DNA of 64,000 bases from Eledone cirrhosa (taxonomy: Eukaryota): the NCBI GenBank assembly GCA_964016885.1, contig OZ024755.1:28706001-28770000 (forward strand). Direction: 5' to 3'. Shown here in pieces: positions 27,614 through 39,241 of the stretch. How positions within the stretch are numbered: position 1 is the first letter of the stretch; each line of letters opens with the position of its first letter. The notes beneath the pieces were generated by a model that was not told the DNA's origin, did not search any database, and was given only the letters and a program-made list of their open reading frames with translations. Position numbers and translations under genes: made by a program.

Positions 27614-28796
27614 TAGACATAAGATAGGGAAGGCCACATCATGGTACGACAACCAGAGATATCAGAGTGTCATGTTTGTGGACGCCACCCCTGGAGGGAA
27701 ATTAGCTAACCAGTGTAGAAAGGCCCTGAGAAAGACCCACTTAAAAATAAAGGTGGTAGAAAAGCCAGGAACCACCATAAAATCCCTGATCAGCAAAACC
27801 TACCCTTTTAAGAAAACCCACTGTACCAATAGGAAATGTATCATATGTAAGGTGAACCCCCGGATAAACTGTAAAACTAGAAACGTAGTCTATAGCATAA
27901 GATGTACAGAGGGTACTTGCAGAAACACGACAACAACATACATAGGTGAGACAGCTCGTAGCATAGGTGAAAGGATAGACCAACACTGGGGGGAACTAAA
28001 AGGACGAAAAAACGGGTCAGTACTATACGAACATGCTAGACAACATCATGACGGTAACATAGACAACATAGAAATTAGAATAATATCTAAACATAGGAAT
28101 GACCCAGCAGATAGGAAAATCAGAGAGGCCAGTGAAATAGAAATTAGAAGACCAAAGCTAAACAGAAAGAATGAGTGGAACAACAACAACACCCAAACAA
28201 ACAACACTGACCTAAGAGAAGTATAAATAAATAAGTAAATTAAATAAAATAAAATAAGATAAATAAATACATACACAAGCACATAAACACACACTAGTCA
28301 CCCAGCAGACACAACACTATACACACTAGTCACACATCACACACGCAAACGCATGCGCAAAGAAGACAAAATAAAATAAGATAAACAAACAAGCAAATAA
28401 ATAAATAAATATATAGACGGACTGAACAAAAAAAAAATGGCGTAGACATACAACACAACAGGAGGAACAATGAATATAACACCACTGACGATGTTGCAGA
28501 TGTGCAACGAAAGATTTATGTAAACTATATATATATGTGTTTGTCTATATTGTATCTGTATTATTTTATTTTTGACCGCCGGTCAGTCAATGGCAACATT
28601 GAGGACCGAGTAAGTTAGATCGCAGATATATATATATAAAAGACAGCGAGAAGCGAAAACCAACCAAACAGTGAGTGTGTTCTGTTATTAATTCTGGCAA
28701 TATTACGCAAATATGACCCTCCCCAAATATAACAATATCTGTTTCGACACACGATTTCATATAAAAAACCTCGCAAAACTAATTCATCGCCGCTAT
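27614..28796 (+). repeat. 5' pseudo-LTR / partial tandem copy of the PLE 3' end
   Basis: Matches 31739-32922 at offset 4125/4126; two substitutions and one poly-A length difference seen. Contains a duplicate GIY-YIG coding segment ending at 28226. Confidence 0.95.
28483..28520 (+). ncRNA. Minimal hammerhead-like motif in the 5' pLTR
   Basis: CA-CTGACGA-T-GTTGCA(GATG)TGCAAC-GAAA-GATT-TA-TG. Stem I is only 2 bp; AGAUUU is self-complementary with G-U pairs. Confidence 0.5.
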
Positions 28797-31700
28797 GGCA
28801 TTAGCTTGTGCCAAGCTGAAAGGTTATTGAAAGACACTGTTTTCTGTTATATAAAAACTACAATAACAACAGAACAAATCCGCTTCTTAAAACACTGTGT
28901 TTCCTCCAAAACATACACAACAAACATATCAAAACAAGTAAATAATTTATTATTGAACAAAACACAAGCTGAACGGCTAAAACACACAATAACAGTTAAT
29001 ATGAAAAGAACAACATACACAAAAGTCAACGCACTCTACAGACAAAAACGCATCAACGGTAAGGAAATCCGAAATCTCATCACAGCAAACGAGAGAGATG
29101 ACTTCATGAGCGTCATCCGACGCGAAACGAAATATGCTCAAAACGAATGCTGTAGGCATTTCAAGAAAAAATTAGAATGGATGAATAAGAAAAAACTACA
29201 AGAAAGGAAAATCGAATATTCTCAAAAATACCCAGATAACATCGACAACATCCGTATGAGTGATGTAAAACTACCGGAAGAATTTACCAATGACCACACA
29301 GTAAATATCTATGGGAACACTTTAATCAGTGAACAAGAACAACAAATCCTAAAGTTACCACCAAAATTTGCCATCTACAAAAAGATTAACCCTATGGAAT
29401 GCAAAACTGAACTGGAAAAGTGTTTCACAAAAATACGTTGGAATGCAAAGGTAAACAACAACAACAATAATAACGGTAGTAGTAATATAAACAATAACTC
29501 TGGGTATAGAAATAACAGCCATAACCATAACAATGGCAGGAAAGTGAGAAATAGTGATAATGGTAATAATACTAGCGATAGACAGAACAACAACAACCAC
29601 AATAATAATAATAATAGAAACGTTAACCACAGACACAGCAACAGTGACCACAGTAGTAATAACGGTAACAATACGAACAACAACAACAACAATAACCACA
29701 GTGGTAATAATGGAAATGGAAATAGTACATGTAGCAACATCAACAAAAACAAGAAGCATAATAATAGTAACAACCACAATGGTAGAAATAGCAGTAACAA
29801 CAACAACAATAACGGTGAAGTAAACAACAATACATCTAGCAATCATAACAATAATAATATTAAAGCTAATGATAGAAACAACAACAACCACCATGATAAT
29901 AATAATAGCAACACACACAACTATGACGATAGAAATAACGACAACCCCTTAGAGAAACTATTTTTCAACCCAGCTGACAAAACATATAAGATGGGTAATA
30001 TCTATCCTACGAGGTTACCCTTTAATAAAAGAGTTTGCATACCACAACAAATAGATGACGAGACGGAGGCACAGTTCACCATAGCTAGAAATAAGATTAG
30101 ACAAGTAGTAGACAGGTACACTATGAGACAGAGCAGACCAGAGGCCCAACAACTTGGGATAAAACCTGTAGAAGGCTTGGTTAGCCTCAAGCAGCGCACA
30201 AGGGATGGTGAGGTAGTGTGTCTACCCACAGATAAGTCTGGTAGGATGTCAATAGATAGCATGCCGAACTACATCGAGGCAATGCAACCCCACATCACCA
30301 ACACGAGCGAAGTTGCACAACTAACACACGATGGGAGAGAAAAAATCCTCAACGCTCACATGATGATGTGGACTGACATCCTAAAGCCAAGCAGACGCAC
30401 TGCCAACAACTTCCAGGCGTCTAACAATGGCATACCACCCTTGTATGGGCTCCGCAAAGACCACAAGACAGTCGACGACCCGACAACAGGACCACCAACA
30501 AGACCTGTATGCGGAGCTAATATAGCTAGCAACTACAGGATCTCCTACTTCCTCTCAATGGTTATACGCCCCATAATCAAGATGTCCCCAGATGTATGTG
30601 AAAGTACAGAGGACCTCCTCAGCAGAATCAGTGAGTGCAACAAAAACAGGAGCCTATCCAACTGCATAATAGGCAGCATGGATGTGGTGTCACTGTACCC
30701 ATCCATTAACATTGATTTTGCTGTGAAAAGATGTGTGGAGATGATCATTGAGAGTGAGGTGGAGTTCTGCGACGTCGACACAGACGAACTGGGCCTCCTA
30801 CTTAGACTTACCTACGACACTGACTACCTAGACAGCCATGACCTTAGATGTTTCTGCCCTAGTAGACCTATAAGAGGTAGACCCCCCACCATAACCTCAA
30901 TGGCTAAAAAGACTCCCATAGGAAGGTGGATTGGGTGGACCAAAGCTATACGGACCCCCCAAAACACTGATCAGGTAAGAAAAATGGTCGCACATGCAAT
31001 AGGGGCTAGTATCAAAACTACCCTAAAGGGCCACATATTTAAGTTCAATGAGAAAATCTACACCCAAAATGAGGGAGCAGCCATCGGCGTCAGCATAGCT
31101 GGCGATGTTGCCAACCTTTTCATGGTATGGTGGGAAAGGAGACTTAAAGATCTCCTTAATGAAAGCTCCATAGACCTCATCATGTACTCTCGTTATGTAG
31201 ACGATATCAATATAGTTATAAGAACACCCCCACTAGAGAGCACTAACAAGTTTGATTTAGAACGTGGCACGATGGAAAGCATCCAGCAGATAGCTAATTC
31301 CATACACCAGAGTATAACTGTAACTATAGACTTCCCTTCCAAACACCCTAACAATAGACTACCTGTATTAGACACAGAACTCTGGATTAACACTATAGAC
31401 GAGAGAGCCCAAATTCTCCACTCACACTATGCTAAACCCATGGCCTCCAAATACCTGATACTCAAAAACTCAGCAATGTCCAGTAGTGCTAAGTTTAATA
31501 TTCTGATCGCAGATTTGGTACGAGTGATGAAGAATGTGTCCAGCATGTGCGACCCAACAGAAATGGAAGGACACATCCAACACTTCATCAACCGCATGCA
31601 GTTCTCTGGCTACAACCAAAGAGACAGAGTCAGAGTATACGAAGGAGCCATGGAAAAGTATAAGACCCTCATAGAACTGGACATGAAAGGAATTTGCCCA

Positions 31701-32351
31701 CTATACAGGAGCAAATCATGGAATAGCTTAGATAGGGCTAGACATAAGATAGGGAAGGCCACATCATGGTACGACAACCAGAGATATCAGAGTGTCATGT
31801 TTGTGGACGCCACCCCTGGAGGGAAATTAGCTAACCAGTGTAGAAAGGCCCTGAGAAAGACCCACTTAAAAATAAAGGTGGTAGAAAAGCCAGGAACCAC
31901 CATAAAATCCCTGATCAGCAAAACCTACCCTTTTAAGAAAACCCACTGTACCAATAGGAAATGTATCATATGTAAGGTGAACCCCCGGATAAACTGTAAA
32001 ACTAGAAACGTAGTCTATAGCATAAGATGTACAGAGGGTACTTGCAGAAACACGACAACAACATACATAGGTGAGACAGCTCGTAGCATAGGTGAAAGGA
32101 TAGACCAACACTGGGGGGAACTAAAAGGACGAAAAAACGGGTCAGTACTATACGAACATGCTAGACAACATCATGACGGTAACATAGACAACATAGAAAT
32201 TAGAATAATATCTAAACATAGGAATGACCCAGCAGATAGGCAAATCAGAGAGGCCAGTGAAATAGAAATTAGAAGACCAAAGCTAAACAGAAAGAATGAG
32301 TGGAACAACAACAACACCCAAACAAACAACACTGACCTAAGAGAAGTATAA
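28713..32351 (+). CDS. Penelope-like retroelement protein: reverse transcriptase + GIY-YIG endonuclease (1212 aa)
   Basis: RT motifs TDKSG, LYGLRKDHK, RPVC, SMDVVSLYPSI, QNEGAAIG, YSRYVDDI and LPVLD; Cys linker CTNRKCIIC; endonuclease NVVYSIRC...C...YIGETAR...ERIDQH...EH...E...I...PKLNRK. No internal stops. Confidence 0.96.
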   Translation: MTLPKYNNICFDTRFHIKNLAKLIHRRYGISLCQAERLLKDTVFCYIKTTITTEQIRFLKHCVSSKTYTTNISKQVNNLLLNKTQAERLKHTITVNMKRTTYTKVNALYRQKRINGKEIRNLITANERDDFMSVIRRETKYAQNECCRHFKKKLEWMNKKKLQERKIEYSQKYPDNIDNIRMSDVKLPEEFTNDHTVNIYGNTLISEQEQQILKLPPKFAIYKKINPMECKTELEKCFTKIRWNAKVNNNNNNNGSSNINNNSGYRNNSHNHNNGRKVRNSDNGNNTSDRQNNNNHNNNNNRNVNHRHSNSDHSSNNGNNTNNNNNNNHSGNNGNGNSTCSNINKNKKHNNSNNHNGRNSSNNNNNNGEVNNNTSSNHNNNNIKANDRNNNNHHDNNNSNTHNYDDRNNDNPLEKLFFNPADKTYKMGNIYPTRLPFNKRVCIPQQIDDETEAQFTIARNKIRQVVDRYTMRQSRPEAQQLGIKPVEGLVSLKQRTRDGEVVCLPTDKSGRMSIDSMPNYIEAMQPHITNTSEVAQLTHDGREKILNAHMMMWTDILKPSRRTANNFQASNNGIPPLYGLRKDHKTVDDPTTGPPTRPVCGANIASNYRISYFLSMVIRPIIKMSPDVCESTEDLLSRISECNKNRSLSNCIIGSMDVVSLYPSINIDFAVKRCVEMIIESEVEFCDVDTDELGLLLRLTYDTDYLDSHDLRCFCPSRPIRGRPPTITSMAKKTPIGRWIGWTKAIRTPQNTDQVRKMVAHAIGASIKTTLKGHIFKFNEKIYTQNEGAAIGVSIAGDVANLFMVWWERRLKDLLNESSIDLIMYSRYVDDINIVIRTPPLESTNKFDLERGTMESIQQIANSIHQSITVTIDFPSKHPNNRLPVLDTELWINTIDERAQILHSHYAKPMASKYLILKNSAMSSSAKFNILIADLVRVMKNVSSMCDPTEMEGHIQHFINRMQFSGYNQRDRVRVYEGAMEKYKTLIELDMKGICPLYRSKSWNSLDRARHKIGKATSWYDNQRYQSVMFVDATPGGKLANQCRKALRKTHLKIKVVEKPGTTIKSLISKTYPFKKTHCTNRKCIICKVNPRINCKTRNVVYSIRCTEGTCRNTTTTYIGETARSIGERIDQHWGELKGRKNGSVLYEHARQHHDGNIDNIEIRIISKHRNDPADRQIREASEIEIRRPKLNRKNEWNNNNTQTNNTDLREV

Positions 32352-32919
32352 ATAAATAAGTAAATTAAATTAAATAAAATAAGATAAATAAATACATACA
32401 CAAGCACATAAACACACACTAGTCACCCAGCAGACACAACACTATACACACTAGTCACACATCACACACGCAAACGCATGCGCAAAGAAGACAAAATAAA
32501 ATAAGATAAACAAACAAGCAAATAAATAAATAAATATATAGACGGACTGAACAAAAAAAAAAATGGCGTAGACATACAACACAACAGGAGGAACAATGAA
32601 TATAACACCACTGACGATGTTGCAGATGTGCAACGAAAGATTTATGTAAACTATATATATATGTGTTTGTCTATATTGTATCTGTATTATTTTATTTTTG
32701 ACCGCCGGTCAGTCAATGGCAACATTGAGGACCGAGTAAGTTAGATCGCAGATATATATATATAAAAGACAGCGAGAAGCGAAAACCAACCAAACAGTGA
32801 GTGTGTTCTGTTATTAATTCTGGCAATATTACGCAAATATGACCCTCCCCAAATATAACAATATCTGTTTCGACACACGATTTCATATAAAAAACCTCGC
32901 AAAACTAATTCATCGCCGC

Positions 32920-32922
<3 letters not shown>
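31739..32922 (+). repeat. 3' pseudo-LTR including a tail that re-enters the first ~28 codons
   Basis: The ATG is repeated at 32839 and the copy ends at AATTCATCGCCGCT-(AT)n. Confidence 0.95.
32609..32646 (+). ncRNA. Minimal hammerhead-like motif in the 3' pLTR
   Basis: Identical to the motif at 28483-28520. Confidence 0.5.
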
Positions 32923-32954
<32 letters not shown>

Positions 32955-32962
32955 TTATATAT

Positions 32963-33083
32963 CTGAGAGGATGTGGTAAGATACCATGTGGACCATAACC
33001 CACCAGAGTACTCGATTCATAGGGTAGTAGAGTTTGGATCTAGCTGTCGAAACGGCCGGAGCTCAGCCATCGGGGACTTGACT

Positions 33084-33088
<5 letters not shown>
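32963..33088 (-). mobile_element. Partial fold-back module (GACCCCGACGGC family)
   Basis: Reverse-complement tail ATGTGGTAAGATACCA..GGACCATAAC joined to GTCGAAACGGCCGGAGCTCAGCCATCGGGG. Confidence 0.65.
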
Positions 33089-33151
<63 letters not shown>

Positions 33152-33391
33152 AGGAGTGTTGTGAGAGCGCTGTACCCATCTATCTACCTCCATATTTCTC
33201 TCTCTATATATATATGTCTGTGTATGTATGTGTGAGTGTGTGTGTGTGTGTAACCTTGTATCGAGTGGAGTGCATATGTCCGTGTGTTTGGCGGATGCAT
33301 GTGTGATTGCGTGCGTATATATATATGTCTGTGTGTCTTTATGTGTATTTGCTTATTTATTTATATATGTATATATGTATGTATACTTATT

Positions 33392-33430
<39 letters not shown>

Positions 33431-33461
33431 CCATCACTCTGTCTTTCATTATAAATACAGA

Positions 33462-33657
33462 GGGTGGTGGATTGGCAGTATCGGTAGAGGGTCGGACGCC
33501 ATGCTTTGCAGTATAGAGTTACGGCCCTTTATGATCTGAGTTCAAATCCCGACGAGATTAACTTTGCCTTTCATCCTTACGGGGTCGATAAAATAAAGAA
33601 CCAGTAATTCACTGGATTAATTGTTTCTACTTTTGTGCCAAAAGTAGAAACAATTAT
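33462..33657 (+). mobile_element. tRNA-derived SINE with target-site duplication
   Basis: A box TGGCAGTATCGG and B box GAGTTCAAATCCC. ATTATAAATACA flanks it at 33448 and 33653. Confidence 0.9.
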
Positions 33658-34254
33658 AAATACATAATCATATATTTATCCTCCACTACATTATCGCAAT
33701 ATACTCTCATATCGATGGTGATACATATAAACCCTTTTTCTATTGTAAGAAAATGAGACTAGTATCCCTGATTTTCTTCCACCAGTTTCTTATGAAACAA
33801 GATCCATTGAAAATTGAATTGTAATTGTTCATGATTGTCAATTGCTATTCGGTTGATTTCTGTGTAAAAAATTGATAACCCCTACTGTGAGCACTTATTG
33901 CATGACAGTACTGAAAGACGTCTTCTAGGTGGTCCTTTACACGAATAGCTACGCAGATGTGTTCAATTTACTTGGTGTCAACTCATGTACAATTTTCAAA
34001 ATAATTGGTCAAATATTCTACTCAGCACGGGATATCAAACAGCAGGAAATGTTACTAAGAATGCCCAATATTTCTTCTGTAGGAATTAAATGCTTCTCTT
34101 CCATATCCTATGTACCAGTTTTTTTATGTATGCTCGTTATGCAAAAATGATTCTATAAAAATGTTTGTTTTCATTTAATTTTATTTTCTCCATAGAGATA
34201 TTTAAAGGGCGAATAAGTGCGTGTGTGTACGTACACACATGCGCATGTATGGAT

Positions 34255-34329
<75 letters not shown>

Positions 34330-34408
34330 AATATAAATATATATACATATATATATACAATATATATATATATGTATATAAATATATGTATATATACTGT
34401 ATATATAC

Positions 34409-34443
<35 letters not shown>

Positions 34444-34554
34444 AATATAAATATATATACACATATATACATATATATATATGTATATACATATATATAT
34501 ATATATACATATATATACATACATATATATATACATATATATATATATAAATAT

Positions 34555-34611
<57 letters not shown>

Positions 34612-34761
34612 TACTGTATATATATATACATATATATATACATTTATATATATATATATATATATATATACATACATATTTATACATTTATATATATATA
34701 TATATATATATATACATTTATACATACATTTATATATATATATATATATATATATACATTT

Positions 34762-34839
<78 letters not shown>

Positions 34840-35498
34840 TATATATATGCATATATTTACAAACCAGCAAGTGCAGTCTCCCACACGGCATGCATAAAGA
34901 TTATAGAAAATTATTTTTCTTGCATAATCATTTTCTCATAAACATGTGTGCATACGTTGGAGAACATTCGAGAGTGTAGCTCAACATTCAAAGTCTGTTT
35001 GTAAATGTGGTGTTATATGTATAACTTTTCCTCTACTATTTGTGTATACATATATATATATGTGTGTGTGTGTATGTGTGCACATTCTCTTGCCAGCAGC
35101 TTCCATCGTTTTCAATTAATATGTGAGTGCATACGATTATCTCAATAAATTCCATCAACAGGCAGCTCGCCACTATGAATGACTTAGCTAGAATGAATAG
35201 AAATATGTTAAAAAGATCAAAATATTTCTCTTTACCGCTTATAACAAAATGGCTACTACTCTATCTTAATTTCCACCCACCCATATTTTAACATTAGCGT
35301 AATGACTCCTCAGTGTCATTCCCTATTGCATCTACATTTTCATGGACCAAAACAACGAATATACATACAATCACACTATCACACTTGTCTCTGTATACAT
35401 GAATATATGTTTGTGTGTCTTTAGGCGCGGGTGTGTTTGTATGCGCACTCATGTACGTGTTGCGTATTATGTTCGTATTTCAAAGATATTGCCCATTC

Positions 35499-35556
<58 letters not shown>

Positions 35557-36569
35557 TTGGAAAAGTCTTGCTTACATCATCAACTCATGTTTCTTAAAAA
35601 TTCATAAAATTCCGTTACATTTTCTATTATAGGACATATTTCTTTTACATTTCATTTTTTAAATAATTTCCTGCAGCTTTACTAGGTTTCTGATGCAGAG
35701 AATTATTCCCTTCCGCTAAATTCTGCCCAAAGGCGCGTGTATTCCTGCCCATACATATATTTTTATCAGTATATTTATTTAACTTGCAAGAAGAAAACTC
35801 AGTCTTCTATATGTGCAATCCTGTCATTTTTAAATTTAAAATATTTTTCTTTATTTTATGTTATTATTTGTTTTATCACACCATTAGTCCTTATGTTAAA
35901 ATTGTCGGTCATAAAACTTTTTAGCAAAGAAGAAATGTCATCACCTCCTACGGAACTGTTTGAAAACATATGCGTTACTTAGAGCTTGTCTGATATAAAC
36001 TGATAGGATTTAATTCGGAGATAACATAAAACCTCCATGTTACTTCTACATTTCTTTTTCCACTTTGTTTTAATGAAAATTATATTTCTGTTTTCGCGAG
36101 GGACATTTCTCAGAGAAAACGTTAACTGTATCTCCGCTCATTTGCGCTATATTTTAGTTCAATTACTCGGAATTAGGGACACATTCTGTACATTTTATAA
36201 TGCAGCTTTGTCTTAAAAGCTTTCATATATGAACATATAATTAAAAGTGCTGCGAAGCAAGATTTTCTATATAAAAGATAATTCATATTTTAATATATTC
36301 ACGAAATTTTTATAAAAAAATATAATTTTTATCAATAACAAATATTCTATTACTCTAATACTTGTTCCAGCCGAGAGGCTTAGGCCCTGCTGGGGCACCG
36401 CCGAACATTTGAAGAAGCACTGACACATGTAAATTCGCAAAGTAAACTGATGATACGAAATAGTGGGGAAATAATGTGTGAGCTGTAACTAAACAGCTTT
36501 ACCAGACAATATATTTGTCATAATGTTTGAGATTCAACTAAACAGATTTATCAGAGAACATATTTGTCA

Positions 36570-36707
36570 TAATTGTTTCTACTATTGACACAAGGCCAGA
36601 ATTTATCCCAGTGTATTACTGGTACTTTATTTTATCGACCCCGTAAGGATGAAAGGCAAAGTTAACCTCAGCGGGATTTGAACTCAGACCATAAAGGGCC
36701 GTAACTT
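36570..36707 (-). mobile_element. tRNA-derived SINE, 5'-truncated
   Basis: AATTGTTTCTAC...GTACTTTATTTTATCGACCCCGTAAGGATGAAAGGC...GGGATTTGAACTC. Confidence 0.85.
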
Positions 36708-36764
36708 GTGAGATGTAACTAAACATAGATTTACCAGATAATATATATGTTATAATGTGTGACC

Positions 36765-36920
36765 ATCCTTCGAGGAAACGCCTTCTCCATTCTGTCCGCC
36801 GGGGCTGTTGGGAGGCCAGCGCGTGGGACCCCATTTGCTCACCACACAGAGAGATGGGGATGGCGAGAGAGATGGAGGCGATGACAGTGGGAGTTCGGTT
36901 CTTCCTCGTTCGGACCATAT
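36765..36920. repeat. Unclassified GC-rich dispersed repeat
   Basis: The right part matches 1236-1296; the left part matches the rc of 41890-41942. Confidence 0.65.
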
Positions 36921-37029
36921 CCTTGGGGTTGTGTTCATTATCTATAGATAATTATATAACACTAAACAGAGCTTTACCAGAGAATATATTTTTGATCAAA
37001 ACTTCTGAGAATTAACATCGTATGTTAAA

Positions 37030-37480
37030 GGTTTTCTCCTGGAAACTATAATGGTTCATTGAATTTCTGGCGTTGGTAGAGATACGGTAGGGTCTTCAAT
37101 ACGAAGTAAGAACTCCTATCTAGGGAACATTCGTTGGCACAAGAGCGAATCTTTGGCATTATCTATCATATTTGTTTGTATATATCGACGAAAGGCCAGG
37201 ATATCCACAACAACAGATATATAGAACGGCATTAACTGAAATGTAAACAGGGAAGCAGAGGCTTAACGTCTCTGCAAACATCATTTGAGTGACGCATAAT
37301 ATCCTTTCGACATCAACAAACCACCAACCGTAGAACCCCATCATTTGAACAACTCTGTCTACACGAAACAGAAATCACATGAATTTGGGAAGGCGCTCTC
37401 TAAGAAAAACTCCCTGCATGATAACCAAAAACCACTAACAGGGAAATTGCTCCGTAATACCACTTTGAGTCCAGGAATGA
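37030..37480 (-). pseudogene. Degenerate LINE RT fragment
   Basis: Minus-strand remnants loosely resembling the DF.KAF, LGP..F.IY and YADD regions, in order. Confidence 0.3.
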
Positions 37481-37526
37481 AAAGCTATTTTTATAGGGTT
37501 TTTTTTTTTATGTGATTATGTCTGTG

Positions 37527-37718
37527 ATAATTGTTTCTACTTATTGGCACAAGGCCAGCAAAAACCCAGTACATTACTGGTACTTTATTTTATCGACCCC
37601 GTACGGATGGAAGACAAAGTTAACCTCGGCAGGATTTGAACTCAGAATCATAAAGAGACGTAACTCTATGCTTCAAAGTATGGCGTCTTACCCTCTACCG
37701 ATACTGCCAATCCACTGC
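37527..37718 (-). mobile_element. tRNA-derived SINE with long target-site duplication
   Basis: Full copy, flanked by TATGTGATTAT(G/A)TCTGTGATAAT at ~37509 and ~37721. Confidence 0.9.
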
Positions 37719-38099
37719 CCTATGTGATTATATCTGTGATAATATAGCAAAAACACATTTTGAATTTTTAGTCACCCACGCGTTTTATAAACATTCTACA
37801 TGTGTTGGTTAGAATCTAGCTGGTAATATATCAGCATAAAAATAGACGGAAATTAATGACTGGATGCTTTAATGTAATAGTAAAATAGTTTCCCAAAAGG
37901 AAACTATTTCGTTCCTCACAGGCGAATATCCATTGTTTTAACCTGAAGAGATTTATATTCCCAACTCATTCACAAAACACACATTCATGCGTGCGCTCAT
38001 ACACACGCACGCTCATAAACACGCACACTCATACGCAGACACACATAGACACTCCCACACAAACGCATATATAGTGTGATGGTATGTTTATATATATAT

Positions 38100-38138
<39 letters not shown>

Positions 38139-38269
38139 AGTATATATGTATATATATATATATATATATATGTATAATATACATATATATATATGTATAA
38201 TATACATATATATATACATACATATATATATATATATAATATATACATATATGTATGTATATATATATG

Positions 38270-38308
<39 letters not shown>

Positions 38309-38466
38309 CTATATATACATGCATACATATATATACATATCTACACACAAACGCACGCACAGACAGACTAACACACACACACGTTTACCTATGTGCGTAT
38401 GTTTTGTATATACATACATATATATATATGTATATATATATATAAAACACCTATATATTTACACAC

Positions 38467-38498
<32 letters not shown>

Positions 38499-38502
38499 CT
38501 AT

Positions 38503-38545
<43 letters not shown>

Positions 38546-38578
38546 TACCTCTATATATACACACAAACTCACACACAA

Positions 38579-38610
<32 letters not shown>

Positions 38611-38630
38611 GTTTGTGTGTGTGTGTGTGC

Positions 38631-38720
<90 letters not shown>

Positions 38721-38734
38721 ACAAACACACACAT

Positions 38735-38765
<31 letters not shown>

Positions 38766-38811
38766 CGCACCCACATACACACACACATACATACATACAT
38801 ACATACATACA

Positions 38812-38843
<32 letters not shown>

Positions 38844-38844
38844 C

Positions 38845-38886
<42 letters not shown>

Positions 38887-39187
38887 ACACACACATATAC
38901 ACCCCCCCACACACACACACATACATACATACATATATACGCACACACACATACATCATTTAAGTGAATCGTCTGCTTATTTGCGCACGCACACCGTTGA
39001 CGCTATCAAACAACTTACTAATGTTAGGCTTATGTTTGCAGAAGAAGCCATATCCACTCCAGGTGTTTACAATATAATCTCCACTTCTCCAGTTATCAGT
39101 TGCGTCATTTCACTTCCATTACTTTTCTTTCACTCGATTATTCAATAGTTTACTTGTTTTTTTTTTTTGTTTTTCTTTCAAATTATC

Positions 39188-39197
39188 ACCGTCGTCG

Positions 39198-39241
<44 letters not shown>

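Larger units (their letters stand above)
27517..32922 (+). mobile_element. Full-length Penelope-like element (C-terminal GIY-YIG, Neptune/Nematis-like) inserted in (TA)n
   Basis: Inverted terminal piece 27517-27614 (rc of ~28638-28738), direct repeats 27614-28796 and 31739-32922, intact RT-EN ORF, (TA)n on both sides. Confidence 0.95.

Noticed and set aside
27456-28226. 256-aa stand-alone GIY-YIG nuclease ORF
   Set aside because: It is the duplicated PLE 3' end. Its N-terminus is read-through of a module tail, (TA)n and the inverted pLTR.
29451-29973. Asn-rich block as a retained intron (AG|GTAAAC donor)
   Set aside because: The better acceptors (ending 29952 and 29973) would shift the frame. 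Only a weak GAG at 29954 keeps it, so this is unsupported without RNA data.
27614-32922. LTR retrotransposon interpretation of the direct repeats
   Set aside because: No TG..CA ends, gag, protease or integrase; the repeats include coding sequence and the protein is PLE-type.
33462-33560. tRNA gene
   Set aside because: A and B boxes are present, but it is the head of a multicopy SINE and I could not fold a full cloverleaf.
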